Of a stretch of DNA of 64,000 nt, positions 9,894 to 19,407 are shown piece after piece. Position 1 is the stretch's first letter. Each line of letters starts with the position of its first letter. The DNA is from Gemmatimonadaceae bacterium (GTDB lineage: Bacteria > Gemmatimonadota > Gemmatimonadetes > Gemmatimonadales > Gemmatimonadaceae). The stretch covers positions 256,001-320,000 of the forward strand of contig JBJMOW010000002.1 in NCBI GenBank assembly GCA_045803545.1, given 5' to 3'. The position numbers were made by a program, and so were the translations under genes. The notes beneath the pieces were generated by a model. That model searched no databases and was not told where the DNA came from. It worked only from the letters and a program-made list of their open reading frames with translations.

Positions 9894-9913
9894 TGTTGGT
9901 GACATCACCAACA
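9894..9913. promoter_or_regulatory. Palindromic operator candidate TGTTGGTGA-CA-TCACCAACA
   Basis: Perfect 9-bp arms, 35 nt upstream of GMC ATG 9859. Confidence 0.5.
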
Positions 9914-9973
9914 GATCGCGTCCGAATATGTGCGTTGGTATGGGCGCGACTCAAGAACCTTTCGAATCGGTGT

Positions 9974-10759
9974 TTACCCCAAACCGGCGGCCGCCTCACG
10001 ATCGGCAAGAATTTCTCCAGCGGCGAATTCATGTATCACCGTCGCCGGCCATTGGGGATCGTAACGCTCGGCTTTGAGAACCCGCGAGAGCGATTCTCTC
10101 TTGGCTGCCCCTGTCAGCACCATGACTCCAGCGCGCGCCGCGGTGATGGTCGCAATCCCCATACTTACACCGTGGCGCGGTACAGCATCGATCGAACCGA
10201 AAGCGGGAAAGGTCTGCAGATTGTCGCGTCGTGTTTGTTCGGAGAGCTCGACAATCCTCGTTCGACTTTCTCGTGGACTCGCCGGCGGATTGAACGCGAC
10301 GTGACCGTCCGATGCTCCGGAAGCGAGGACGAAGAAATCGATTCCGCCGGCTTCCTCGATCCGGGCCTCATACTGCTCCGGATCCACCGGATCGGGAAAC
10401 CACACGTTGCCTTCAGCCAACTGAAATTCTTTCGGTAAATGCTCGTTCCATCGTCGAATGATTTCATGGCGCGCGAAGTAATGACACGACCACGGCTTGT
10501 CTGCCGGCGCGTTCTCGCGTCTCTCAATCACATATTCGTCCATCATCGCCAACACGACGTGAGACAGGTCCTGGGGCGCCGTCGACAGGCGCCTGCCAAT
10601 CGCGCCGTAAATCGGCTTTGGAGTCCGGCCCGTCGGGCAGCCCAAGACGTACCGTCGCCCTTCGGCGCGCGCTCGATCGATCTCCGACAGCAACCGATTG
10701 CCGAGGACGGATCCGATTTCGTCCGCCGTTTCGATCACATTGAGGCGAGCTCTGGACAT
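9974..10759 (-). CDS. Glucosamine-6-phosphate deaminase/isomerase-like protein (divergent NagB family)
   Basis: LGCPTGRTP, MDEY, GGID, DGHVAFNPP, SMGIATI, PATVIH. Confidence 0.8.
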   Translation of the reverse strand: MSRARLNVIETADEIGSVLGNRLLSEIDRARAEGRRYVLGCPTGRTPKPIYGAIGRRLSTAPQDLSHVVLAMMDEYVIERRENAPADKPWSCHYFARHEIIRRWNEHLPKEFQLAEGNVWFPDPVDPEQYEARIEEAGGIDFFVLASGASDGHVAFNPPASPRESRTRIVELSEQTRRDNLQTFPAFGSIDAVPRHGVSMGIATITAARAGVMVLTGAAKRESLSRVLKAERYDPQWPATVIHEFAAGEILADREAAAGLG

Positions 10760-10765
10760 TCCTGG

Positions 10766-11452
10766 TTACGCTGCGAGGCGCGCCAGGCCGAGCGCGTCCA
10801 CAATCACGTGAGCGACAATGGTTGGCCACAGTCGACCAGTTCGAACGTAGTACCACGTCAGGACAATCGCGATTGGCAGGACGGAAACGAAGGCAAGGTT
10901 GCCCTGATAGAGATGCACCGACACTCTGAGTATGATGCTGACCGCACACGCAGCGGCGATCCCGAAACGCGATGTGACTGCGGGAATCGCGTAGCCGAGC
11001 CAGAGGAACTCTTCAAAGATTGGATTGATGAGAGAGGCGGCAACAACGACGGTCGGCGAGATGTGGCCGGTGAACTGACGCGCCTTGAGGAACGCCACCA
11101 TGTCGTGCACAAAAGCAGACGTCACCAGCACCGAGACGTATAGCGCGACGATCAACGCCACCCAAATCAGCAGCCCACGGACAATGTCCGGGCCCTCGGG
11201 CGCCGGTGTGATCGACAACGGATTCCAACCCCGCCGCAAGAGGAAGGGTAGAATGGCAGCGGTGATGGCGGCCTCCAGGCCAAGCGTCATCAGCAAACGC
11301 GCGTCGCTGAACACCACCGCTCCGTTGTGGAGCAAACGCCAGCGAACCGACGAGGAAAGAAAGAGAACAGTCGGGATTCCCAGTACGAGTGCGATCTCGC
11401 TCAGCGACGGACGCCGGGCGACCGACACGCGCGTTGCCGGCTCTTCCGTCAT
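10766..11452 (-). CDS. CPBP (CAAX/Abi) intramembrane glutamic endopeptidase
   Basis: NPIFEE, HLYQG, LWPTIVAH...D. Confidence 0.85.
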   Translation of the reverse strand: MTEEPATRVSVARRPSLSEIALVLGIPTVLFLSSSVRWRLLHNGAVVFSDARLLMTLGLEAAITAAILPFLLRRGWNPLSITPAPEGPDIVRGLLIWVALIVALYVSVLVTSAFVHDMVAFLKARQFTGHISPTVVVAASLINPIFEEFLWLGYAIPAVTSRFGIAAACAVSIILRVSVHLYQGNLAFVSVLPIAIVLTWYYVRTGRLWPTIVAHVIVDALGLARLAA

Positions 11453-12355
11453 CTAATCATGAGCTGAAAGAGCAACGCTCGCCGCACCGACTATCCCTTC
11501 CCAGCCGTCGAACGTGGAGCACACGATCTCGACTCGATCGCGAAAGTCGTCACCGGCGCGCGCGTGAAAACTTGCTCGGGTAGGCTTGATGAGGGTGTCG
11601 CCTGCCGCCGCGAGCCCCCCGCCGATCACAACGCGCTCGGGAGAAAAGATCGGAGCGAGCGAAGCGAGCCCGAGTCCGATGAAATCTCCGATTGCCGCGA
11701 TCGCATCGCTAGCCGTCTTGTCGCCGTTGCGGGCGGCATTGATTACGTCGCGCGCTGCCCGACCATTCGCTCGCTCGGATAGCGCGGCGGAACACGCAAC
11801 CGCTTCCAGGCAACCGCGCGCGCCACAGGTGCATCGTCGTCCGCCGGGCTGGACGATTACATGACCGATATCACCCACACACTCGCCGGTGAACCGCAAA
11901 AGCTTTCCGGCGACGATAACCCCGCCACCGACGCCAGTCCCGAACACCATGCCCAGCAATCGGGTCGCACCTCTTCCCATCCCGAATCTGTATTCGGCGA
12001 CCGTGCTGGCATTGGAGTCGACTTCGAGCTGGCAATGCAGCTCGAACCTTTCCTCAAACGCTCGCCGCAGAGGAAAATCGCACAGCTCCCGCAGATTCGC
12101 GTTGGCGACCATCATCGTGTGCTCGCGATTCAGAAAGCCGGCGATCGATACACCGATCGCGACCACCTGATTTCGTTCGTCAGTCACTGCATCGAGCATT
12201 GGCCGCAGCTCGTTGGCGATCGCGTCAACGAGATGCTCTGGCTCGCTGCCCGTTTTCGTGGGAATGGTGGCGCGGCGAAAGATCCTTCCGTCTTCGCCAA
12301 CTATTCCGATTTTGGTGTTAGTCCCTCCGATGTCGACTGCACCCGCCAGTCGCAT
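11453..12355 (-). CDS. ROK family sugar kinase
   Basis: DIGGTNTK, GTGVGGG, GH, CTCGARGCLE; no HTH. Confidence 0.9.
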   Translation of the reverse strand: MRLAGAVDIGGTNTKIGIVGEDGRIFRRATIPTKTGSEPEHLVDAIANELRPMLDAVTDERNQVVAIGVSIAGFLNREHTMMVANANLRELCDFPLRRAFEERFELHCQLEVDSNASTVAEYRFGMGRGATRLLGMVFGTGVGGGVIVAGKLLRFTGECVGDIGHVIVQPGGRRCTCGARGCLEAVACSAALSERANGRAARDVINAARNGDKTASDAIAAIGDFIGLGLASLAPIFSPERVVIGGGLAAAGDTLIKPTRASFHARAGDDFRDRVEIVCSTFDGWEGIVGAASVALSAHD

Positions 12356-13461
12356 TAAAGCGCAGCCTTCGCCAATTCCGGCTTTTTCCAGAGATCGATT
12401 GGCTTGACGATGCCCCTCGGTCGGAAAGGAAGGGTAATTTTTCTGCCGAGACCGGCAGACGCGTACGCGGCGTAGAGAATCTCCTGGACCACGCGTCCGG
12501 TCTCGCCATCCGAGATCGGCGTCTCTTTTCCCCTGACGCAGCGCGCGAAGTGACGCATCTCCTGCGGGAATCCGTAATTCCAGTGCTCCTCGAACACCGG
12601 ATACGTCCAGCCTTTCGTCGAGGAGGCTTTCTCGACCGCGTACCCGAAGCCGACTTCCGAGTAAGTCGGCAGTGCGTTGCCCATCAGCATGTCGGCGTAG
12701 GTCTGGCCCTTATCGCCAAAGACCTCAATGCTGTCGTCCATTCCGCCGGGTCGATTCCAGCTGCTCTCCACCATGCCGATCGCGCCATTCTCGAATTCCA
12801 TGATGGTGATCGCTTCATCTTCACCTTGAGAGCGTTCGCGATGGTGGATGTTCGCCATGTGCGAGTAGACGCTTTTGACTTTTTGCTTGCCGAGGAACCA
12901 CCAGCAGAAGGCGATGCCGTGGCAGCCGAGATCCATCAGTGCGCCGCCGCCGGATTTGTTGACGTCCCAGAACCAGTCGGAGTGCGGCCCGGAGTGTTTT
13001 TCGCCCTGTTTCACCAGGTGCACACGCCCAAACGCTCCTTCGTCCGCCATCTGCTTCGCTTTGACGTATTTAGGTGCGAAGAAGAGCTCTTCGGCGTACA
13101 GAAGTAGAACGCCTGCTTCCTTGCAGGCGTTGCTCATCGCGTCCGCTTCTTCGAGCGTGACGCAGAGTGGCTTTTCACAGACGACGTGCTTCCCGGCCTT
13201 GGCGGCGTCGATGGTGATCTGCGCGTGCAAGTTGTTGGGCGCCGTGATGGAAATCATCTCGACATTGTTGTCACGCAGCATCTCGCGATAATCGGAGTAT
13301 GCCCTCGCGATTCCGTGACGCTTCGCAAAGTCCTCCGCATTGCCTCTGGTCGGCGATGCCACCGCGACGACTTCCATTTCTTCTGGCATCGCCCTCACCG
13401 AAGCGGCAATGCAGTCGGCCTGAAAACGTGAGCCCACGATCCCGATTCTTACTTTCGACAT
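12355..13461 (-). CDS. Gfo/Idh/MocA family oxidoreductase
   Basis: IGIVGS, HVVCEKP, GGGALMDLGCH; ATG 13461 after GGAGG. Confidence 0.9.
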   Translation of the reverse strand: MSKVRIGIVGSRFQADCIAASVRAMPEEMEVVAVASPTRGNAEDFAKRHGIARAYSDYREMLRDNNVEMISITAPNNLHAQITIDAAKAGKHVVCEKPLCVTLEEADAMSNACKEAGVLLLYAEELFFAPKYVKAKQMADEGAFGRVHLVKQGEKHSGPHSDWFWDVNKSGGGALMDLGCHGIAFCWWFLGKQKVKSVYSHMANIHHRERSQGEDEAITIMEFENGAIGMVESSWNRPGGMDDSIEVFGDKGQTYADMLMGNALPTYSEVGFGYAVEKASSTKGWTYPVFEEHWNYGFPQEMRHFARCVRGKETPISDGETGRVVQEILYAAYASAGLGRKITLPFRPRGIVKPIDLWKKPELAKAAL

Positions 13462-13477
13462 CTTAGCGCCTCCCGCC

Positions 13478-14023
13478 TCACGCCCACGCGCGCTGGCCCG
13501 GCTGGAGGGGTACACAGCCGACCCATTTACCCGGCGTCATAATGTAGCGGAGCGCCTTGGTTGTGCCGATTTCCGAGGAGAAGTACGCCTGCAGCGATAA
13601 CTCGCGAAGCAGCGTGAAGTAATGCTCGCCATTCTTTGCCTTCGCCTCAGCGTCTATCCGACGAAGCCAATTCTCGCGATTCGCCTGCGACATCGAAGAG
13701 AAATGATCGCCTACCGTGCTCCTGAACTGTTTGAGCCCGTCGACGACGAGCTTCTGCTTGTCCGCCTCGTAGCAATCCGTCAGCAGCAGATTCATGACAG
13801 GCCCGACTCCGGCCGCCTTCGCTCCGGGAGATCCCGCCGTCGTCGGGAGCAGCGTGTCGGCTATTGTCTCCACCAAAGACTGATCATCCTCACTCAGCAG
13901 GGACGATCCCGCTTTTCCCGATTCGCGCCCGCACGCCGTCGTCACGCCCGCCGAGATCACAAGCACTCCGCCCAGCAGCAGGCCCGTCGTTCTTACAGCC
14001 TCGCGTCGATTCATCGGATGCAT
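13478..14023 (-). CDS. Gluconate 2-dehydrogenase subunit 3 family
   Basis: NRREA, IADTLLPTT..SPGAKAA, AYFSSEIG. Confidence 0.88.
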   Translation of the reverse strand: MHPMNRREAVRTTGLLLGGVLVISAGVTTACGRESGKAGSSLLSEDDQSLVETIADTLLPTTAGSPGAKAAGVGPVMNLLLTDCYEADKQKLVVDGLKQFRSTVGDHFSSMSQANRENWLRRIDAEAKAKNGEHYFTLLRELSLQAYFSSEIGTTKALRYIMTPGKWVGCVPLQPGQRAWA

Positions 14024-14086
14024 AACAATTCCCCGTCCTCAGTCAGTCAGCAATTGTCGCTGCCTTTGTTCACAGCCCGGTCGTTT

Positions 14087-15784
14087 TCAAAGATTCTGCC
14101 TGCCCATTTCCTGAGTTGCGTGATCCACGGCACGCGCGGTCAAAGTCATATACAGAATTGAAGGACTCTGATTACCGGTCGACGCCATGCACGCGCCGTC
14201 AGTGACGAAGACGTTCTTGCAGGCGTGCAGTTGATTCCATTTGTTGAGCAGGGAGGTTTTTGGATCGGCGCCCATCCGCGCCCCACCCATCTCGTGGATG
14301 TCGAGGCCGGGCGCCCAGTGGGTGTCGTGCACTTCCACGTCGTGGCACCCGGCCACGCCCAGCATCTCCTGCGCCTGCTTTTGCCAATCACGAATCATGG
14401 CCTCCGCATTGTCGTCATATCCGACAGACATAACGAGCAACGGAATTCCCCATTGATCCTTCTGGGTCGGATGCAAGCTCACCGTGTTGGTTTCGCGCGG
14501 GATGGTTTCGCCCTGCATGTACATGTAGATGCCCCATGGCCCCGGCTTGGTGAGTGATTCCTTGTAAACGCCACCGACGCGCTCTACCGTCGTCGGTTCG
14601 CCGCGCTCCCGGTATCCGCCGGTGAAGGTCGTGTAGCCGCCTACGAAGTCAGCATCTGCATCCTGTTTACCGAGATTCCGAAAGTTGACGAGAATGCACT
14701 CCGTCGGATTCTTGCCATAGAAGTATTTGTCCTCAAAGCCATCGAGCTTTCCGCTGGCGCCCGTTCTGTAGTTGTGATGACAGATGTACTTGCCCAGAAG
14801 TCCGCTGTCGTTGCCGAGGCCATGCGGGAAACGATTTGATGTCGAGTTCAACAGAATGAGGTTGCTATTGAGCGCAGAAGCGTTCACGAAGACGATGCGC
14901 GAGCTGTATTCGGTGACCGCGTGAGTTTCGGCGTCGATGACCCGCACGCCGGTCGCCTTGCCCTTCGCTTCGTCGTAGATGATCGAGTGGACTACCGAGT
15001 GCGGCCGAATGGTCAGGTTGCCCGTCTTCGCCGCCCAGGGCAACGTCGACGCGTTGGAGCTGAAGTATCCGCCGAATGGGCATCCGCGCATGCAAAGATT
15101 TCGCGCCTGGCACGTGCCACGGCCCTGCTGCAGATGGATCTCTTTCGGCTGAGAGAGATGCGCCCAGCGACCCTGCACGACGTGCCGGTTTCCATACTTT
15201 GCCAGCAAGGCATCGCGCAAATGTCTCTCGGCGCAGTTGAAGTCGAATGGAGGCAGAAACTCTCCATCCGGCATCGCCTCCAGATGGTCAGCGTTTCCGC
15301 AGACGCCGATGAATTTCTCGACGTGCGAGTACCATGGCGCGACGTCGTCGTACGTGATCGGCCAGTTCATCCCGTATCCCAGTTTTTCCGGCGCGACGAA
15401 CTCGTGCTTGCTCCAGCGCTGGCAGGCGCGACCCCAGATGATTGACTTGCCGCCCACCTGATAACCGCGGATCCAGTCGAACGGCCGCTGCTGGACGTAC
15501 GGATGGTCTCGGTCCTTGATGAAGAAATGCATGGTGTCTTCGCCGTACCCAGCCGCCTTGCTGATCAGCGGGTTCTCCTTGAGGACCTCACGCGACAAGG
15601 AGCCGCGGTGCGGCAGCTCCCACGGGTTCAGGTTCATGGTCGGGTAGTCCTTGATGTGGACTACGTTGCGGCCACGCTCGAGCACGAGGGTTTTCAGTCC
15701 CTTCTCGCACAATTCTTTCGCAGCCCATCCTCCCGAGATTCCGGAGCCGACAACAATTGCATCGTACGACGTGTTTTCTTTCAC
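14087..15784 (-). CDS. GMC family oxidoreductase
   Basis: GSGISGGW, CQARNLCMRGCP, IHEMGGARMG; GTG start. Confidence 0.92.
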   Translation of the reverse strand: MKENTSYDAIVVGSGISGGWAAKELCEKGLKTLVLERGRNVVHIKDYPTMNLNPWELPHRGSLSREVLKENPLISKAAGYGEDTMHFFIKDRDHPYVQQRPFDWIRGYQVGGKSIIWGRACQRWSKHEFVAPEKLGYGMNWPITYDDVAPWYSHVEKFIGVCGNADHLEAMPDGEFLPPFDFNCAERHLRDALLAKYGNRHVVQGRWAHLSQPKEIHLQQGRGTCQARNLCMRGCPFGGYFSSNASTLPWAAKTGNLTIRPHSVVHSIIYDEAKGKATGVRVIDAETHAVTEYSSRIVFVNASALNSNLILLNSTSNRFPHGLGNDSGLLGKYICHHNYRTGASGKLDGFEDKYFYGKNPTECILVNFRNLGKQDADADFVGGYTTFTGGYRERGEPTTVERVGGVYKESLTKPGPWGIYMYMQGETIPRETNTVSLHPTQKDQWGIPLLVMSVGYDDNAEAMIRDWQKQAQEMLGVAGCHDVEVHDTHWAPGLDIHEMGGARMGADPKTSLLNKWNQLHACKNVFVTDGACMASTGNQSPSILYMTLTARAVDHATQEMGRQNL

Positions 15785-15856
15785 TGTGAGCGACCTCGAC
15801 GTCCTGGCAGAGAGTTGCGGCTAGAAATTAGACTCGGCGCGGGGCACTGGCGAGCG

Positions 15857-16432
15857 ATGGCTAAAGGACAAATCGACTTTTTCAGCGAGACACCGAAATA
15901 CCCTGAGGGCTTTCGCTACAAGCGCGAAATCATTTCTCGCGACGACGAGCAGGCCCTGATAGCTGAGATTCGCACGCTGCCGCTCAAGGAGTTCGACTTC
16001 CACGGATTTCAGGGCAAGCGACGGGTGCAGAGCTTTGGCTGGCGCTACGATTACGACGATGAGCGAATCAAACAGGCCGAGCCAGTTCCAGAATTCCTGC
16101 TGCCGCTACGCGAGCGTGCTGCGCGTTTTGCCGATCTCGTGCCGGATGAGATCCAGCACGTTCTCGTCACCGAGTACGATCACGCCGGCATCGGCTGGCA
16201 CCGGGATAAGGCGAACTTCGAAGACGTTATCGGCGTATCTCTTCTTGCGCCATGCACCTTTCGACTGCGGCGCAAGGTCGGCTCGAGCTGGGAGCGAGTG
16301 TCGTTGGAGGCGGAGCCGAGGTCGGCTTATCTGATGCGCGGGCGATCGAGGACGGAATGGGAGCACAGTATTCCGGAGGTCGACGGGCTCAGGTACTCGA
16401 TCACGTTTAGAACGCTGCGCAAAAAAGCTTAA
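15857..16432 (+). CDS. AlkB-like 2OG-Fe(II) dioxygenase
   Basis: IGWHRD (HxD), WEHSIP, RYSITFR; probable start ATG 15857. Confidence 0.87.
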   Translation: MAKGQIDFFSETPKYPEGFRYKREIISRDDEQALIAEIRTLPLKEFDFHGFQGKRRVQSFGWRYDYDDERIKQAEPVPEFLLPLRERAARFADLVPDEIQHVLVTEYDHAGIGWHRDKANFEDVIGVSLLAPCTFRLRRKVGSSWERVSLEAEPRSAYLMRGRSRTEWEHSIPEVDGLRYSITFRTLRKKA

Positions 16433-16477
16433 CTGCAGTTGTCCTCAGCGGTTTGCGACTCCGATTAACTTTCCTGC

Positions 16478-17689
16478 ATGCCAGATAAATCCCGCACTCC
16501 CGTAATCGTCGGCGCAGCCCGCACCCCGATTGGAAGATTTCTCGGCGGACTCTCCCCACTAAGCGCCCCTGAGCTCGGCGGGATCGCGATTCGCGAAGCG
16601 CTGAAGCGCTCGAAAGTCCCGGCCGACGATGTTCAGGAAGTCATCATGGGCCACGTGCTGCAGGGTGGGACCGGCCAGGCACCAGCGCGCCAGGCCGCGC
16701 TAAAAGCCGGACTTCCGCCGACTGTATCAGCCGTCACTGTCAACAAGGTTTGCGGTTCTGGGCTAAAGGCTGTGATGCTCGCGTCCCAGGCGATCAAGGC
16801 GGGGGACGCCCAGGTAATCGTGGCCGGCGGTCAGGAATCGATGTCGAACGCCCCTTACTACCAGTACGGAATGCGCGGTGGCGTCAAAGCCGGAGATCAG
16901 ACTCTGGTCGATGGGATGATCAAGGACGGACTTTGGTGCGCGTCGTGTAACGTCCACATGGGTCGGCACGCCGAGTATACGGCGAAGAAGGCGAGTGTCA
17001 GTCGCGAGGATCAGGACGTGTTCGCCGAGTCATCGCATCGCAAGGCGGTCGCAGCGATCGATTCCGGAAGATTCAAGGACGAGATCGTGCCGGTACAAAT
17101 TCCCGGGAAGAAAGGCCCGACCGTCGTCGATACTGACGAGTCACCGCGTCGTGATACTAGCCTCGATGCACTCGCCAGGCTGAAGCCGGCGTTTCCAGGA
17201 AAGAACGGTGACAACGAAGATCTCACTGTCACAGCCGGGAACGCCCCCGGTCTAAACGATGGCGCGGCGGCACTCGTCGTTGTCTCGGAGGCGTACGCCG
17301 AAGAGCATAACCTCGAGATTCTTGGTCGTGTGACCGGATATGCGACGGGTGCAACAAAGCCCGAAGATCTCTTCTTCGCGCCGATCAAAGCCGTTCGCAA
17401 CCTGATGAAAAAAACCGGCTCGCAGATCGGCGACTACGATCTGATCGAAGCCAACGAAGCCTTTGCGTCGCAATCGATCGCGGACGGTCAGGAGCTCGGC
17501 TGGGACTGGCAGCGCGTCAACGTGAACGGTGGTGCAATTGCGTTGGGCCATCCGATCGGCGCGAGCGGAGCGCGGGTCCTCACGACCCTCCTTTACGCGA
17601 TGAAGCAGCGGGGCGCGAAGAAAGGACTCGCGACACTTTGCCTCGGCGGCGGTGACGCGGTTGCGCTCAGCGTCGAGCGCACGAACTAG
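16478..17689 (+). CDS. Acetyl-CoA C-acetyltransferase (thiolase)
   Basis: [24 protein letters not shown]. Confidence 0.95.
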   Translation: MPDKSRTPVIVGAARTPIGRFLGGLSPLSAPELGGIAIREALKRSKVPADDVQEVIMGHVLQGGTGQAPARQAALKAGLPPTVSAVTVNKVCGSGLKAVMLASQAIKAGDAQVIVAGGQESMSNAPYYQYGMRGGVKAGDQTLVDGMIKDGLWCASCNVHMGRHAEYTAKKASVSREDQDVFAESSHRKAVAAIDSGRFKDEIVPVQIPGKKGPTVVDTDESPRRDTSLDALARLKPAFPGKNGDNEDLTVTAGNAPGLNDGAAALVVVSEAYAEEHNLEILGRVTGYATGATKPEDLFFAPIKAVRNLMKKTGSQIGDYDLIEANEAFASQSIADGQELGWDWQRVNVNGGAIALGHPIGASGARVLTTLLYAMKQRGAKKGLATLCLGGGDAVALSVERTN

Positions 17690-17692
17690 AGT

Positions 17693-18553
17693 TTGACCGG
17701 CGCACCGCCACGTTCGCGAGCCAGACGGTCGCTACGACCGTTCTGGCTGATACCCGTTTTTTATCTCATTTGCTTTGTCGCCCTCGCGATTCTCGAGACG
17801 GGCGCTGCATTTGTCGGCATACCGGGCGTACAAAATCCGCGATCGATCGCATATCAGTGGGTGGTCCTGCTGAGCGTCGTGTTCGCGACGTGGGCGATGC
17901 TCCGCATCGACAAACAAACGTGGACCTTCGTTGGACTCGGTCGTGAAGCCGCTGCTCCGCCCGTGCTAATCAACGGAGCATTGCTCGGCGCCGCGACGAT
18001 TGGCACGGCGTGCCTCGTTCTGTTGGGCACCCACATGCTTCGAATTGAGCCAACTGGGCAGGGAAGCTGGTGGGGGGCGGCGGGGCAGTCAGCACTCGCG
18101 CTGCTACCGGCCGCGTTTTTCGAAGAGCTGTTCATGCGCGGGTTTCTATTCGCCGTGCTGCGTCGCGCTGGCGGATGGCGACTCGCGTTGATCGTGACGA
18201 GTGTAGTTTTCGGTCTGCTACACGCCTGGAATCCGGGTGCAGACGCGGAATCGATCCTGGCAGTGATCGTGGCTGGTTTTTTCCTCGGTGCAATACTGCT
18301 GGCGACTGGAAGTCTGTACGCTGCCGGGGCGGCGCACTTTGCATGGAACTGGGTGATGGCCGGCGCGCTTCACATCGCCGTCAGCGGAATCGCGTCGAGT
18401 GATGCCGACTATCGGACTGTCGAAACGGGTCCGGATTGGCTGACAGGCGGACCCTGGGGTCCGGAAGGCGGACTCGCGGCAGTGGCGGCGATGTTCGTCG
18501 CGATCTTCTATTTGTACGGACGCTATTTGCGCGGAATGGAGCACAGGAAATGA
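17693..18553 (+). CDS. CPBP intramembrane glutamic endopeptidase
   Basis: [25 protein letters not shown]. Confidence 0.88.
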   Translation: MTGAPPRSRARRSLRPFWLIPVFYLICFVALAILETGAAFVGIPGVQNPRSIAYQWVVLLSVVFATWAMLRIDKQTWTFVGLGREAAAPPVLINGALLGAATIGTACLVLLGTHMLRIEPTGQGSWWGAAGQSALALLPAAFFEELFMRGFLFAVLRRAGGWRLALIVTSVVFGLLHAWNPGADAESILAVIVAGFFLGAILLATGSLYAAGAAHFAWNWVMAGALHIAVSGIASSDADYRTVETGPDWLTGGPWGPEGGLAAVAAMFVAIFYLYGRYLRGMEHRK

Positions 18554-19401
18554 CCGACCGCATTGCCGTTGTAGGAGCGGGGCAAATGGGGAACGGCATT
18601 GCGCACGTTTTCGCGCAATACGGTTTCCCGGTGACGATGATCGACGTCTCTCAGGACGCGCTCGATCGAGGACGATCGACCATCGCAAAAAACGTCGAGC
18701 GTCAGGTCAAAAAGGGCGCCATTCCCGCAGATGAGCAGGTGAAGATCCTGTCCCGGATAGATCTCAGCATGGAGCTGGATGCGGCGGCAGGGGCATCTCT
18801 GATTATTGAAGCGGCGAGCGAAGATAGCGGTCTCAAGTACCGCATCTTCACCGACCTCGATCGCGTCGCGAAACCGGACGCAATTCTCGCTACCAACACG
18901 AGCTCAATCTCGATCACTGAAATCGCTCGCCGCACCAGCCGTCCCGAAAAAATCATCGGCATGCACTTCATGAACCCTGTCCCGGTGATGAAGCTGGTCG
19001 AGATAATTCGTGGCTTGGCGACGTCCGACGAGACGACGAAGCGAGTGATGGACTACGCGCTCGAGCTGCAGAAGACGCCGGTCGAGGTGAACGACTACCC
19101 TGGCTTCGTCTCCAATCGCGTCCTGATGCCGATGATCAACGAAGCAGTCTATTGCCTGATGGAGGGAGTCGGGAAACCGGAAGCGATCGATCAGGTGATG
19201 ACGCTTGGCATGAATCACCCGATGGGACCGTTGGCGCTGGCCGATCTGATCGGCCTCGACACCTGCGTTGCAATCCTCGAAGTCCTGCGCGACGGACTGG
19301 GCGATCCGAAGTACCGGCCCTGTCCGCTGCTGAAGAAGTACGTTGCCGCCGGTTGGTTGGGCCGAAAATCCGGGCGCGGCTTCTATACCTATAGTAAGTA
19401 G
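18550..19401 (+). CDS. hbd: 3-hydroxybutyryl-CoA dehydrogenase
   Basis: [33 protein letters not shown] overlap with the upstream stop. Confidence 0.93.
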   Translation: MTDRIAVVGAGQMGNGIAHVFAQYGFPVTMIDVSQDALDRGRSTIAKNVERQVKKGAIPADEQVKILSRIDLSMELDAAAGASLIIEAASEDSGLKYRIFTDLDRVAKPDAILATNTSSISITEIARRTSRPEKIIGMHFMNPVPVMKLVEIIRGLATSDETTKRVMDYALELQKTPVEVNDYPGFVSNRVLMPMINEAVYCLMEGVGKPEAIDQVMTLGMNHPMGPLALADLIGLDTCVAILEVLRDGLGDPKYRPCPLLKKYVAAGWLGRKSGRGFYTYSK

Positions 19402-19407
19402 CCCGCC

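Noticed and set aside
15503..15856. N-terminal extension of the AlkB-like ORF
   Set aside because: It overlaps the divergent GMC gene; the AlkB-like sequence begins at ATG 15857.
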